Below, piece by piece: positions 1 to 14,132 of a DNA stretch of 64,000 nucleotides. Source of the DNA: an uncultured Alphaproteobacteria bacterium (GTDB lineage Bacteria > Pseudomonadota > Alphaproteobacteria > Rhodobacterales > Rhodobacteraceae); assembly GCA_963844375.1 (NCBI GenBank), contig CAWJOI010000032.1, forward strand, positions 55,221 through 119,220. The letters run 5' to 3'. Made by a program: the position numbers and the translations under genes. How positions within the stretch are numbered: position 1 is the stretch's first letter; every line of letters starts with the position of its first letter. The notes beneath the pieces were generated by a model. It had not been told where the DNA came from. It did no database searches and saw only the letters and a list, made by a program, of their open reading frames with translations.

Positions 1-463
1 GCACGACTTCACCATGGAGCACTACCGCAAGATCATGGACATCAACCTCGACTCGGTCTTCTACGCCTGCCAGGCCGCGCTCGGGCCGATGCGCAAGCAG
101 GGCGGCGGGGTGATCCTCAACATCGGCTCGATCTCGGGCTACATCTCCAACGTCCCGCAGCCGCAGGCAGCCTACAACGCCTCCAAGGCGGCGGTGCACA
201 TGCTGACCAAGAGCATCGCCAGCGACTATGCCGGCGAGAACATCCGGGTGAACGCCATCGCGCCCGGCTACATCGACACCGACATGACCTCGGGCGGCCT
301 CGCGAACCCCGACTGGGCGCCGACCTGGAAGATGATGACCCCCATGCCCAAGGTCGGCACGCCCGAGGACATCGGCGCCGCCGCCCTCTATCTCTGCTCG
401 CCGGCTTCCGGCTATGTGACGGGCGAGGTGCTGGTCATCGACGGCGGCTATCTCACGCGTTGA
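1..463 (+). CDS. Short-chain dehydrogenase/reductase (polyol dehydrogenase-like), 5' truncated by window
   Basis: YNASK catalytic YxxxK, NAIAPG and VTGEVLVIDGG SDR motifs. Confidence 0.9.
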   Translation, partial: HDFTMEHYRKIMDINLDSVFYACQAALGPMRKQGGGVILNIGSISGYISNVPQPQAAYNASKAAVHMLTKSIASDYAGENIRVNAIAPGYIDTDMTSGGLANPDWAPTWKMMTPMPKVGTPEDIGAAALYLCSPASGYVTGEVLVIDGGYLTR

Positions 464-498
464 CTGAAGACCAATAAGCAAACCTGGGAGGACTACCA

Positions 499-1509
499 AT
501 GAGAACAGTACTTGCTGCGCTGCTTGCGGCGACCGCCTTCGGCGGCGTCGCGGTGGCCGACACGGCCGACAAGCGGATCGCGCTCTCCAACAACTACGCC
601 GGCAACTCCTGGCGGCAGGCGATGCTGAAGAGCTGGGAGAAGGTCACCGCCCCGGCGGTCGCCGACGGCACCGTCGCGGCGGCGGACGCCTTCACCACCG
701 CCGAGAACCAGGTGACCGAGCAGGCGGCGCAGATCCAGAACCTGATCCTGCAGGGCTACGACGCCATCGTGCTCAACGCCGCCTCGCCCGAGGGGCTGAA
801 CGGCGCCGTCAAGGAAGCCTGCGACGCCGGCGTCACCGTCGTCTCGTTCGACGGCATCGTCACCGAGCCCTGCGCCTGGCGCATCGCCGTCGACTTCAAG
901 CAGATGGGCAAGGACGAGGTGCTCTACCTCGCCGAGAAGATGCCCGACGGCGGCAACCTCCTCGAGATCCGCGGCCTCGCCGGCGTCTTCGTCGACGACG
1001 AGATCTCCAAGGGCATCCACGAGGGCGTCGCCGAGAACCCGCAGTTCAAGATCGTGGGCTCGGTGCACGGCGACTGGGCGCAGGACGTGGCGCAGAAGGC
1101 GGTCGCCGGCATCCTGCCCAGCCTGCCCGAGATCGTCGCCGTGGTGACCCAGGGCGGCGACGGCTACGGCGCGGCCCAGGCGATCGCGGCCACCGACCGG
1201 CCGATGCCCACGATCATCATGGGCAACCGCCAGGACGAGCTCGCCTGGTGGAAGGAGCAGAAGGACGCCAACGGCTACGAGACCATGTCCGTCTCCATCG
1301 CGCCCGGCGTCTCGACGCTCGCCTTCTGGGTGGCGCAGCAGATCCTCGACGGCAAGGAGGTGCCGAAGGACCTGACCGTGCCCTTCCTGCGCATCGACCA
1401 GGACACCCTCGAGGCCAACCTGGAAGCCACCGAACCCGGCGGCGTGGCGAACGTCGAGTACTCGCTCGAGGACGCCCAGAAGGTGATCGACGGAGGCGGC
1501 GCGTCCTAA
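499..1509 (+). CDS. Sugar ABC transporter substrate-binding protein (RbsB-like)
   Basis: Signal peptide, periplasmic sugar-binding pattern, GGAGG RBS. Confidence 0.9.
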   Translation: MRTVLAALLAATAFGGVAVADTADKRIALSNNYAGNSWRQAMLKSWEKVTAPAVADGTVAAADAFTTAENQVTEQAAQIQNLILQGYDAIVLNAASPEGLNGAVKEACDAGVTVVSFDGIVTEPCAWRIAVDFKQMGKDEVLYLAEKMPDGGNLLEIRGLAGVFVDDEISKGIHEGVAENPQFKIVGSVHGDWAQDVAQKAVAGILPSLPEIVAVVTQGGDGYGAAQAIAATDRPMPTIIMGNRQDELAWWKEQKDANGYETMSVSIAPGVSTLAFWVAQQILDGKEVPKDLTVPFLRIDQDTLEANLEATEPGGVANVEYSLEDAQKVIDGGGAS

Positions 1510-1519
1510 GGACCTTCGC

Positions 1520-2971
1520 TTGAGCGAAACGCCCATCGTCCGGCTGGACGGCGTCGAAAAGCAATTCGGCGCCGTCCGCGCGCTTGCGGGCGTGGATCTG
1601 TCGCTGTCGCCCGGCGAGTGCCTCGGCCTCGTCGGGCACAACGGCGCCGGCAAGTCGACGCTGATGAACGTCCTGGCCGGCGTCATCGCCCCCGATGCCG
1701 GCCGGATCGTCATCGGCGGCGCCGACCTCACCGAGGGCTATTCGGTGCGCACGGCGCACGCCGCCGGCGTGCGCTGCGTCTTTCAGGAGCTGTCGCTCTG
1801 CCCGAACCTCAGCGTCGCCGAGAACGCCCGGATCATGCATCCGGCGCTGCGGGGTCCGGGCTGGCAGCGCCGCGCCGCCGCGCTGATCGGCGGCATGCTC
1901 GACGTGATCTTTCCCGGCCACGGCATCGACCTCGGCCGCGAGGTGGGGACGTTGTCGATCGCGCGCCGGCAGATGGTCGAGATCGCCCGCGCCTTCACCG
2001 TCACCGACGCGCCGGCGCGGGTCGTGATCCTCGACGAGCCTACCTCGTCGCTCGACAGCGTGCTGGCGGACCAGCTCCTCGCGCATGTCCGCCGCTTCAC
2101 CGCCGACGGCGGCAGCGTCGTGCTGATCTCGCATCTCCTGGCCGAGGTGCTCGGCACCGCCGACCGGATCGCGGTGATGCGCGACGCACAGGTGGTGGCG
2201 CTGGACCGCGCAGGCGCCTTCGACCGCACGTCGCTGGTCCGGGCGATGGGCAGCGTCGTCGCGCGCGGCAGCGTCGAGAACATCGAGGCCGTGCGGCACG
2301 CCGGCTCGGTGCCGGTCGTGCGCGCCCATCCGCGCGGCCGCAGCGACACGGGCGAGCTGGTCGCCCACCCCGGCGAGGTGGTGGGTCTCGGAGGCCTGAG
2401 CGGCCACGGCCAGACCGACCTGCTGGTGCAGGTCTTCGAGCGCGCCCAGGGGGCCGAGGCGAAGGGACCGGTGGCGATGGTCGCCGGCGACCGCCAGTCG
2501 GACGGGATCTTTCCGCTCTGGTCGATCGCCGCCAACATCTCGATCGCCTCGCTCGGGCGCTTCCTCACCGGACCCCTGATCGACCCCCGCCGCGAGCACG
2601 CCTTCGCCGAGGACTGGCGGCAGCGCATCGGCATCCGCACCCCCGACATCGCGAACCCGATCCTGTCGCTCTCGGGCGGCAACCAGCAGAAGGCGCTCTT
2701 CGCCCGCGCGCTCGGCACCGACGCGCGCATCGTGGTGATGGACGACCCGATGCGCGGCGTCGACGTCGGCACCAAGCAGGAAGTCTACGGCATGATCCGC
2801 GAGGAGGCCGCCAAGGGCCGCACCTTCCTCTGGTACACCACCGAGATGGACGAGCTCGCCCGGTGCGACCACGTCTACGTCTTCCGCGAGGGCGCCATCG
2901 TCGCCGAACTCCCGCGCGCCGAGATGACCGAGGAAAAGGTGATCCACGCGTCGTTCCGGGCCGACGCATGA
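1520..2971 (+). CDS. Sugar ABC transporter ATP-binding protein (two ATPase domains)
   Basis: GHNGAGKST Walker [15 protein letters not shown]. Confidence 0.92.
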   Translation: MSETPIVRLDGVEKQFGAVRALAGVDLSLSPGECLGLVGHNGAGKSTLMNVLAGVIAPDAGRIVIGGADLTEGYSVRTAHAAGVRCVFQELSLCPNLSVAENARIMHPALRGPGWQRRAAALIGGMLDVIFPGHGIDLGREVGTLSIARRQMVEIARAFTVTDAPARVVILDEPTSSLDSVLADQLLAHVRRFTADGGSVVLISHLLAEVLGTADRIAVMRDAQVVALDRAGAFDRTSLVRAMGSVVARGSVENIEAVRHAGSVPVVRAHPRGRSDTGELVAHPGEVVGLGGLSGHGQTDLLVQVFERAQGAEAKGPVAMVAGDRQSDGIFPLWSIAANISIASLGRFLTGPLIDPRREHAFAEDWRQRIGIRTPDIANPILSLSGGNQQKALFARALGTDARIVVMDDPMRGVDVGTKQEVYGMIREEAAKGRTFLWYTTEMDELARCDHVYVFREGAIVAELPRAEMTEEKVIHASFRADA

Positions 2972-3098
2972 AACCGGGTCTCGTCGATCCATTCCACCGC
3001 GCCGGTTCGCGGAAAACGCGTGCATGCGTCAATCACCGCGCGTGGGCGCTATCCTGGGTCTTCGCGATCCCGTACCGGCAAATCGACCCGGCGGAAGT
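2972..3098. mobile_element. Putative MITE-like 127-bp insertion flanked by CGCATGA direct repeats
   Basis: CGCATGA at 2965-2971 and 3099-3105; ends CCGGGTC..GTCGAT / ATCGACCCGG are imperfectly complementary. Confidence 0.45.
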
Positions 3099-3101
3099 CG
3101 C

Positions 3102-4034
3102 ATGAGAATCCCCCCGCAGTACCTGCGCAGCATCCTGCCCGCCGCCTCGCTCGCGGTTCTCCTGGCCGCGATCTTCTGGCTGCAGCCGAGGACGATGAGC
3201 TACTTCGGGCTGAACCTGCTCCTCAACCTCGCCGTCCCGATAGCGCTCGCCACCATCGCGCAGATGTTCCTGCTCTGCGTCAACGACCTCGACCTCTCCA
3301 TCGGCGCCTTCGTCAGCCTCGTCGCCTGCATCGCCGCGACCTGGCTGAACGATACGCCGGTGCTTGGCGTCCTGGCGCTGGCCGTGCTGGTCGCGATCTA
3401 CGCCGGCATGGGCGCGCTGATCGAGATCCGACAGCTTCCATCGATCGTCGTCACGCTCGGAATGTCCTTTGTCTGGTTGGGCCTGGCGGTGATGGTGCTC
3501 CCCACCCCCGGCGGCGACGCCCCGGACTGGGTGCGGACACTGATGACCCTGAAGCCCTGGCTGGTGCCCTTCCCGATCATCGCCTCGGTCGTTCTCGCCG
3601 CCGTCGTCCACGTCGGCCTGATGCGCTCGTCCTACGGCGTCGTGCTGCGCGGCGCCGGCGGCAACCCGCGCTCCGTCGCCCGCGCCGGCTGGTCGATGGT
3701 GCGGGTCAGGGCGACGATGTTCGGTCTCGCCGGCCTCTTCGGCGTCTTCTCCGGCATCGCGCTCATCGGCCTCACCACCTCGGCGGACGCCAACATCGCG
3801 CTGCGCTACACGCTCCTCTCCATCGCCGGCGTCATCCTCGGCGGCGGCGAGTTCGTCGGCGGCCGCGTCTCGCCCATCGGCGCGGTGATCGGCGCGATGA
3901 CCCTGACCCTCGCCGGGTCCTTCCTCTCCTTCCTCCGTCTCAACCCCGACTGGCAGATCGGCGCCCAGGGCGCGATCCTGATCCTGGTCCTGGCGCTCCG
4001 AGTCCTGATCTCGCGCGCCGAGGCCCGCGCGTGA
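3102..4034 (+). CDS. Sugar ABC transporter permease
   Basis: DLDLSIG, GGNPRS and ILGG BPD_transp_2 motifs; hydrophobic. Confidence 0.9.
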   Translation: MRIPPQYLRSILPAASLAVLLAAIFWLQPRTMSYFGLNLLLNLAVPIALATIAQMFLLCVNDLDLSIGAFVSLVACIAATWLNDTPVLGVLALAVLVAIYAGMGALIEIRQLPSIVVTLGMSFVWLGLAVMVLPTPGGDAPDWVRTLMTLKPWLVPFPIIASVVLAAVVHVGLMRSSYGVVLRGAGGNPRSVARAGWSMVRVRATMFGLAGLFGVFSGIALIGLTTSADANIALRYTLLSIAGVILGGGEFVGGRVSPIGAVIGAMTLTLAGSFLSFLRLNPDWQIGAQGAILILVLALRVLISRAEARA

Positions 4035-4976
4035 CCGCCCTTCGCGACCTCACCCGCCAGCCCTGGATCTGGTCCTGGCTCGGGGCCGTGGCGGTCTGGC
4101 TCGGCATCGTCGCCTTCACCGGCGGCCAGGGCGGCGCCGGGGTACTGAGCGCGGCGCTGACCTTCGCCGCCTTCTATGTGCTGGTGGCGCTCGGGCAGAT
4201 GTTCGTGATCACGCTCGGCCCGGGCAACGTCGACCTCTCCATCCCCGCCTGCATGACGCTGGCCGGCACCGTGGCGATGAAGCTGATGCACGAGGCGAAC
4301 GGTCTGATCCTGCTCGGGCTTGCCGTCGCCGCCCTGATCGGGATCTGCGTGGGGACGGTCAACTATGCGCTGATCCGCCTCCTGCGCATCCCGCCGATCA
4401 TCGCGACGCTCTCCTCGAGCTTCATCTTCCAGTCGGCGGCGATCTGGTACAACCGCGGTCTCAGGATCAAGCCGCCCCCGGCGCTGGCGGAGTTCAGCAC
4501 CGGCATGGTCGCGGGCGTGCCCGCGCTCGCCTTGGTCGTCCTCCTCGTGTCGCTTTTCCTGCACCTGGTGCTCACCCGGACCATCTACGGCCGTCAGGTC
4601 ATCGCCATCGGCCAGAACCCCCGCGCCGCAAAGCTCGCCGGCGTGCCGGTCGAGCGGGTGCGCGCGCTCACCTACATCATGTGCGGCGCTTCTGGCGGGG
4701 ATCTGCGGCTTTCTCGTCTCGGCGTTCTCCGGCGGCGCGGCGCTGAACATGGGCGCGGAGTACCTGCTTTCCTCCATCGCCGTGGTGGTGATCGGCGGCA
4801 CTTCGGTGAGCGGCGGCTTCGCCAACGTGCCCGGGCTCTGGGGCGCCGCGATGTTCCTCTTTCTGCTGGTGACGATGCTGAACATCTTCGGTCTCGGGGC
4901 CGACCTGCGGCTGATCCTCACCGGGCTCGTGATCATCGCCGTCATCGTTGCGGCAAGCGGCGCCAAGCGGGCCTAG
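4031..4976 (+). CDS. Sugar ABC transporter permease (frameshift ~4690)
   Basis: GNVDLSIP and AIGQNPRAAKLAG in one frame; SIAVVVIGGTS in the next. Confidence 0.85.
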
Positions 4977-4993
4977 GGCGACGCGGAGAACGC

Positions 4994-5022
4994 GGGCCGC
5001 GGCGTAAATGGCGCCGCGGCCC
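4994..5022. terminator. GC-rich hairpin between convergent operons
   Basis: GGGCCGCGGCG-taaatgg-CGCCGCGGCCC perfect 11-bp stem. Confidence 0.55.
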
Positions 5023-5031
5023 TGGTTTCAG

Positions 5032-5186
5032 ACGGCCTCCGTGTGGTCACCTCGCATTAACAGCCCGTCAAAAAGTGGCAAGCCGGATTCCAGCCGGTTT
5101 CCAGCCGCCTTCCAGCCCGGATTTTTCCTGCCGCTCCAAAGGGATGACCGCCGCCCGAGGCGCGCGAGCAAATCCACCGGAGATCG
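5032..5186. repeat. ~155-bp dispersed repeat, copy 1 (11-bp TTCCAGCCGGA-type array in an imperfect inverted repeat)
   Basis: Aligns over its length with 43814-43966. Confidence 0.9.
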
Positions 5187-5188
5187 TA

Positions 5189-6158
5189 TCACATCAGGCC
5201 GTTGGCCTTCAGGATCTCATCCGCGTTCTCCTTGGTGATGGTCATGGTATCGAGAACGACCGTCTTCGGCACCTCCTCGCCGTTCAGGAACTTCACCGCC
5301 TGCCGAAGTCCCTCGGCGCCGGGGGTGGCGTAGAGAAAGGTCGCCGCCAACTCGCCGTTCTTCACCCACATCACGCCTTCACCGGGCAACGCGTCGATCC
5401 CGATGAACTGGATGTCGCCCTCGCGGCCCGCGTCCTTGGCGGCGAGGTAGGCGCCGTAGGCCATCGGGTCGTTGTGGCCGTAGACGATGTCGATGTCCTC
5501 GTTGGAGCGGAGCGCCGTGGCCATGATGTCGTAGGCCTGGTCCTGCTTCCAGTCGCCGGACTGCTCGTTCAGCAGGTACTTGATGCCCGGCTCCTTGTCG
5601 GTCAGCTCGTGGAAGCCGTCGTGGCGGTCGTGCGCGGGCTGGGTGCCCATGCCGCCCCAGAATCTCGACGACGTTGCCCTCGGCCTTGCCCGCGCCGCCG
5701 AGCGCCTCGACCGTCCACTCGCCGGCCGCCCTGCCGATCAGCACGTTGTCGCCGCCGACGAACTGAGTGTACCCATCGGTCTCGACGTTGCGGTCGAGCA
5801 CGAAGACCGGGATGCCGGCGTCGATCGCCTGCTCCACGACGCCGGTGAGGCCGGCGGACTCCTTGGGCGAGATGAGGAGCGCGTCGACCTCCTGGCGGAT
5901 CAGGTTCTCGACGTCGGCCACCTGCTTCTCGGTGCGGTCCTCGCCATCGGTGATGATGAGCTCGACGTTGGGGTGGTTGGCCGCCTCGGCGATGATGTCC
6001 TTGTTGAACTGGGCCCGCCACGGCTCGATGGTCGTGGCCTGGGAAAAGCCGATCACATACTTGTCCTGCGCGAAGGCGGACCCTTCCGGCAGGTAGGCGG
6101 ACAGCGTCAGTCCCGTGACGGCGACCCCCGCGATCTTCAGGATATTACGACGTTTCAT
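5189..6158 (-). CDS. Sugar ABC transporter substrate-binding protein (frameshift ~5660)
   Basis: MKRRNILK Tat-like leader, YVIGFSQ, HNDPMAYGA, IGIDA. Confidence 0.88.
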
Positions 6159-7460
6159 GCGCGCTCCCTCCATAGCGGCGAGATTCCGTCTCGCCTTCCG
6201 GCCGCCCCTCGGCGGCAGGATCCGCTCGCGCCCGGCCGCTGCCGAGGCGCAGGTTCCCGATGATCTCGCCGAGGTTGCGCTCCTGGAGCAGCACCGTGCC
6301 GACGATGATCAGCCCCTTCAGCACCAGCTGAAGGTTGGAATTGATGTTGTGGAGTTGCAAAAGGTTCGACAGCAACCCGAAGATCAGCACGCCCGCGAAG
6401 GTGCCCGCGATGCGGCCGCGCCCACCCATGAGGCTCGTACCGCCAATCACCACGGCCGCGATGGCGTCGAGCTCGAGGCCGGCGCCCGCGTCGGGCTTGC
6501 CCTGCCGGTACTGCGCCACGAACAGGACGGCGGCGATGCCGGCGAGCATCCCGGAGATGGCGTAGGTGGCGATCTTGGTGCCGGCCACGTTGATGCCGGA
6601 GAGACGCGCGGCCTCCTCGTTGCCGCCGATCGCGTAGACGTAGCGACCGAACGTCGTGAAACGCAGGACGGCGCCGTAGATGAGCGCTGCAGCGAGGAAA
6701 AAGAGGCCGGGGACCGGGATGATACCCCAGACGAGGCTGCGCAGGACGTCGAACTCGGCCACGGCGTTGGTGCCTGTGTAGACGGGCAGAACGGCATTGT
6801 TCTGGCCGGCCGTGAGGCGCGCGACGCCAAGGGCGGTTACCATCATGGCCAGTGTGACGATGAAGGGCTGCAGGCGGCCGCCGACGATGACGATGCCGTT
6901 GATGGCGCCGAAAATCAGGCCGACCGCAGGGGCAACCAGGAGGACGCCGACGACGCCGAACTTGGTCGACACCTGCGGCAGGACGAACCAGAGGACGAGA
7001 GCGACGCCGATCAGTCCCGCGACAACGGGGAGGGCGATGCCGCGAAGAGGGTCGAGCGGGGTCTCGGTGCGCCGCCCGGCGACGCTGCCGGTGGCGGCTG
7101 AACTGCGGAAGGCGAAGCGGGTGAGCGCTGCCAGGACGACGAAGGCGGCCAGCGCGAGCGCGGGGATGCCCATGGTCGCTGCCGGCGTCCAGCCGGGCAT
7201 GGTGAGGAGCATGGCGCAGACCACCGAGCAGAGCGCCATGATCGAGCCGACCGACAGGTCGATGCCGGCGGTAAGAATCACCGCGGTCATGCCGGTGGCG
7301 ATGAGGCCGGTGGTGGAGACCTGCCGCAGGACGTCGAGGAGGTTGCCGTAGGAAAGGAAGATATTGTTGCCCTTGGAGGTGATGGGCGAGGTCAGGACGC
7401 CGATCAGGAAGATCGCCGCCAGGCCCCACCAAAGCTTGCTCCGGGCGAGCAGGTTCAGCA

Positions 7461-7461
<1 letters not shown>
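6145..7461 (-). CDS. Sugar ABC transporter permease
   Basis: GIDLSVGS, AIGGNEEAARLSG, ELDAIAAVVIGGTSL. Confidence 0.9.
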
Positions 7462-9033
<1,572 letters not shown>

Positions 9034-9153
9034 GCCAGCCGCACTCCTCCCGCAGTGCCGCCGCTCCCTCTTGGCCGGGGAGTCGGCAAGCGCCAAGCTA
9101 GGTCCATCTGCGCGCTTTGGTCAAGAAACCCGCGATATCGACACTGGCAATAC

Positions 9154-9165
9154 GAAAGCGCTTTG
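9154..9165. promoter_or_regulatory. LacI-family (AglR-like) operator
   Basis: Palindrome AAAGCGCTTT with central CG between divergent ABC operon and alpha-glucosidase. Confidence 0.6.
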
Positions 9166-9212
9166 CGCTACCGTCTCGCGCGGACGGGCTGACTGGTCAG
9201 GGGGGCTGAAGC

Positions 9213-10876
9213 TTGGTCGTTCCACATGTTTTCACGCACGATGATCTGCCATTGCCGCCGGATCCGGATTGGTGGCGGGGCGCGGTGATCTATCAAATCT
9301 ATCCGCGCTCGTTCCAGGACTCGAACAGCGACGGGGTCGGTGACCTCGCCGGCATCATCCACAGGCTGCCGTACGTCGCGAGCCTCGGGGTGGACGCGAT
9401 CTGGATCTCGCCCTTCTTCCCGTCGCCGATGCTCGACTTCGGCTACGACGTGATGAACTACCGCGACGTGGACCCGATGTTCGGCACGCTCGCCGACTTC
9501 GACGCGCTGATCCAGCGGGCGCACGAGCTGGGGCTGCGGGTGATGATCGACCTGGTGCTCAGCCACACCAGCGACCAGCACCGCTGGTTCCGCGAGAGCC
9601 GGTCGAGCCGGGACAACCCCAAGGCCAACTGGTACGTCTGGGCGGACGCGAGACCGGACGGAACCGCGCCCAACAACTGGCTGTCGATCTTCGGCGGGCC
9701 GGCCTGGGAGTGGGACAGCGAGCGGCTGCAATACTACCAGCACAACTTCCTCAAGGAGCAGCCGGACCTGAACTTCCACGAGCCGGAGGTGCAGGACGAG
9801 CTGCTGGCGGTGGCGCGCTTCTGGCTGGAGCGGGGGGTGGACGGGTTCCGGCTGGACACCATCAACTTCTACTTCTGCGACCGCGAGCTGCGCGACAACC
9901 CGGTGCTGCCGGTGGACATGGCGCGACTATTCCGACGGCGCCGGCGGTGAACCCCTACAACTGGCAGGAGCATCTCTACGACAAGAGCCGGCCGGAGATG
10001 ATCGGGTTCCTGCGCCGGTTCCGGGCGGTGATGAACGAGTTCGGCGACATCGCGGCGGTGGGCGAGGTCGGCGACGCCCAGCGCGGCATGGAGATCATGG
10101 GGGAGTATACCCGCGGCGACGACCTGATGCAGATGTGCTACGCCTTCGAGTTCCTCTCGCCGGACGCGCCGAGCGGGCGGCGGGTGGGGCAGGTGCTGCG
10201 CAAGTTCGCCACGGTGGCGTCGGACGGGTGGGCGTGCTGGGCGTTCTCCAACCATGACGTGGAGCGGCATGCCACGCGCTGGAACATGGATGCGGCGCAG
10301 CTTCGGGTCTATCTCGCGCTGATGCTGAGCCTGCGCGGGTCGGTCTGCCTCTATCAGGGCGAGGAGCTGGGGCTGACCGAGGCCTATGTGCCGTTCGAGG
10401 AGCTGCAGGACCCCTACGGCAAGCGGTTCTGGCCGAAGTTTCGCGGCCGGGACGGGTGCCGGACGCCGATGCCGTGGCTGAGCGACAACATGTATGCCGG
10501 CTTCAGCGACGCGAAGCCCTGGCTGCCGGTGGCGATGGAGCATCTTCGGGTGTCGGTCAGCGCGCAGGACGGGGACCCGGAGTCGATGCTCGCCTTCTAC
10601 CGCCGGATGCTGGCGTGGCGGAAGACCAGGCCGGCGCTGGCAAAGGGGAGCTTCGCGCTCCAGGAGACCTCGGACAGCCTGATCTCCTACGTGCGGTCAC
10701 TGGGCGAAGAGGCGATCTTCTGTGCCTTCAACCTCGGGCCCGACCCGCTGGCCGCCGCGATGCCGGAGGGGGAATGGGTCTTGGTCGAGGGTACGGGGTT
10801 TGCGGGCGCCATCGTCGGCCGGCAGGTGGAGTTGCCGCCCTACCAGGCGCTCTTCGCAGAGCGCTCTCGTGCTTGA
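9213..10876 (+). CDS. aglA: GH13 alpha-glucosidase (frameshift ~9920)
   Basis: WWRGAVIYQIYPRSFQD, DGFRLDTIN, FSNHD, YQGEELG, RDGCRTPMPW. Confidence 0.88.
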
Positions 10877-11035
10877 TGCGGTGAAACGATGGGCAAGCGG
10901 ATGAAGTTGCTGCCTGACAAGGTGTAACGCGCGGGCGCACGGCTCTCGCGCCTGCGGGAGGGCCTTGCGCCGCGGCGGGCGCTCGGGTCAAGTCTGACTC
11001 GTCCGGTCGATGTGGCCGCCGCTGGGGGAGCGGAG

Positions 11036-11968
11036 ATGTTTCTGGTCTGCGGCGAAGCGCTGTTCGACTTCTTCCTGGAGAGCGAGGCAGGACCGGCAGC
11101 GGCGACCTACGCCGCCCGCGCAGGGGGCTCTCCCTTCAACGTGGCGATCGGTCTGAAGCGGCTGGAGCGGGACTCCGGACTGCTCACGGGCCTGTCGAGC
11201 GACCTGCTCGGGCAACGGCTGGTGCAGGTCCTGGAGGCGGAGGGCGTCTCCATGCGATACGCCATCCCCACCGACCGCCCGACGACGCTGAGCCTCGTCG
11301 GGCTCGATGCCGCAGGCGTACCGGCCTATCAGTTCTATGACAACGGATCGGCCGATACCGGCGTCCTCGAAGCCGATCTCCCGACGCTGGGGACCGAGGT
11401 GGTGGGGCTGCACTTCGGTTCGTATTCGCTGGCGGCGGCGCCGGTGGCTGACGCGATGGCGGCTCTGGCGAGGGCGAAGGCCGGGCGGTTCGTCTCGTTG
11501 GATCCCAACGTGCGGCCGACGGTGGAGCCGGACATGGATGTCTGGCGCGAGCGGCTCGCGGTGCTCTTCCCGCTCGCGGACCTGGTGAAGATCAGTGCCG
11601 AGGACCTGGAACTGCTCTGGCCGGGGATGCGGTCCGAGGCGCTGGCGGCGGATCTGATTTCGATGGGCGTGGCGCTGGTTGTGGTGACAGACGGCGGCGA
11701 GGCGGCGACCGGCTGGACAAGCGGCGGGCTTCGTGCGACGGCGATTCCACCGCGGGTGAAGGTTGTCGATACCGTGGGGGCCGGCGACACGTTTCAGGCA
11801 GCACTTCTGGCGCGGCTTCTGCGCGATCCCGAGGGGCCGAAGGCGGCGCTGGCGGGGCTGGACTCGGAGCGCCTTGCGGCTCTCGTCGACTATGCCGCGC
11901 GGGCCGCGGCCATCACATGCTCGCGACGCGGGGCCGACCTGCCGCGCGCGTCCGAACTGACCGATTGA
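11036..11968 (+). CDS. PfkB-family carbohydrate kinase (fructokinase-like)
   Basis: GGSPFNVA, DPNVRP, VDTVGAGDTF. Confidence 0.9.
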   Translation: MFLVCGEALFDFFLESEAGPAAATYAARAGGSPFNVAIGLKRLERDSGLLTGLSSDLLGQRLVQVLEAEGVSMRYAIPTDRPTTLSLVGLDAAGVPAYQFYDNGSADTGVLEADLPTLGTEVVGLHFGSYSLAAAPVADAMAALARAKAGRFVSLDPNVRPTVEPDMDVWRERLAVLFPLADLVKISAEDLELLWPGMRSEALAADLISMGVALVVVTDGGEAATGWTSGGLRATAIPPRVKVVDTVGAGDTFQAALLARLLRDPEGPKAALAGLDSERLAALVDYAARAAAITCSRRGADLPRASELTD

Positions 11969-11981
11969 AGGACAGAGTAAG

Positions 11982-13436
<1,455 letters not shown>

Positions 13437-13440
<4 letters not shown>

Positions 13441-14123
13441 CCGAGGTGGCGCGCCAGGTCTATCCTGACCGGGACACGCTGATGCGCGGGCTGGCGGAAC
13501 TGGTGGCCGACCAGCTCCGGGCTGCCCATGCCGGCAAGGGACGCGCGACGCTGGCGGTGCCCGGCGGCACGACGCCGGGGCCGTTCCTGACCGAGCTGTC
13601 ACAGGCGGAGCTGGACTGGAACGAGATCAGCGTGCTGCCCACCGACGAGCGGCTGGTGTCGGAGACGAGCGAGCGATCGAACGCACGGCTCATCCGCTCG
13701 ACGCTCCTCAAGAACGCAGCTGCTGCAGCGCATCTGGTGCCGCTGCACGAGAGCTTGCTCGGGTCGTTGGCCGGATCGGTGGCCGAGCGGGTGGCGGCGG
13801 CGATGCCAATCGATGTGGCTGTGCTGGGGATGGGTGCCGACATGCACACGGCCTCGCTCTTTCCCGGCGCGCCCGAGCTCGCGGCCGCGCTGGCGGAGGA
13901 TGCGCCGAACCTGATGACGATCCACCCGCCGGGCCAGCCGGAGGGCAGGATAACGCTGACCGCCCAGGCTTTGCGGCGGGCCGAGGTGATCCATATCCTG
14001 ATCGTGGGGCTCGACAAGCTGGAGGCGCTGGAGACGGCGCTCGGGGACGGGCCCGCGACCGAGGCGCCGGTGCGGGCGGTGCTGTCGGCGCCTTGCCCGG
14101 TCACCGTCCACTATGCCGCCTGA
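13437..14123 (+). CDS. pgl: 6-phosphogluconolactonase
   Basis: VPGGTTP, TDER, GMGADMHTASLFP. Confidence 0.92.
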
Positions 14124-14132
14124 GGAGATCCC

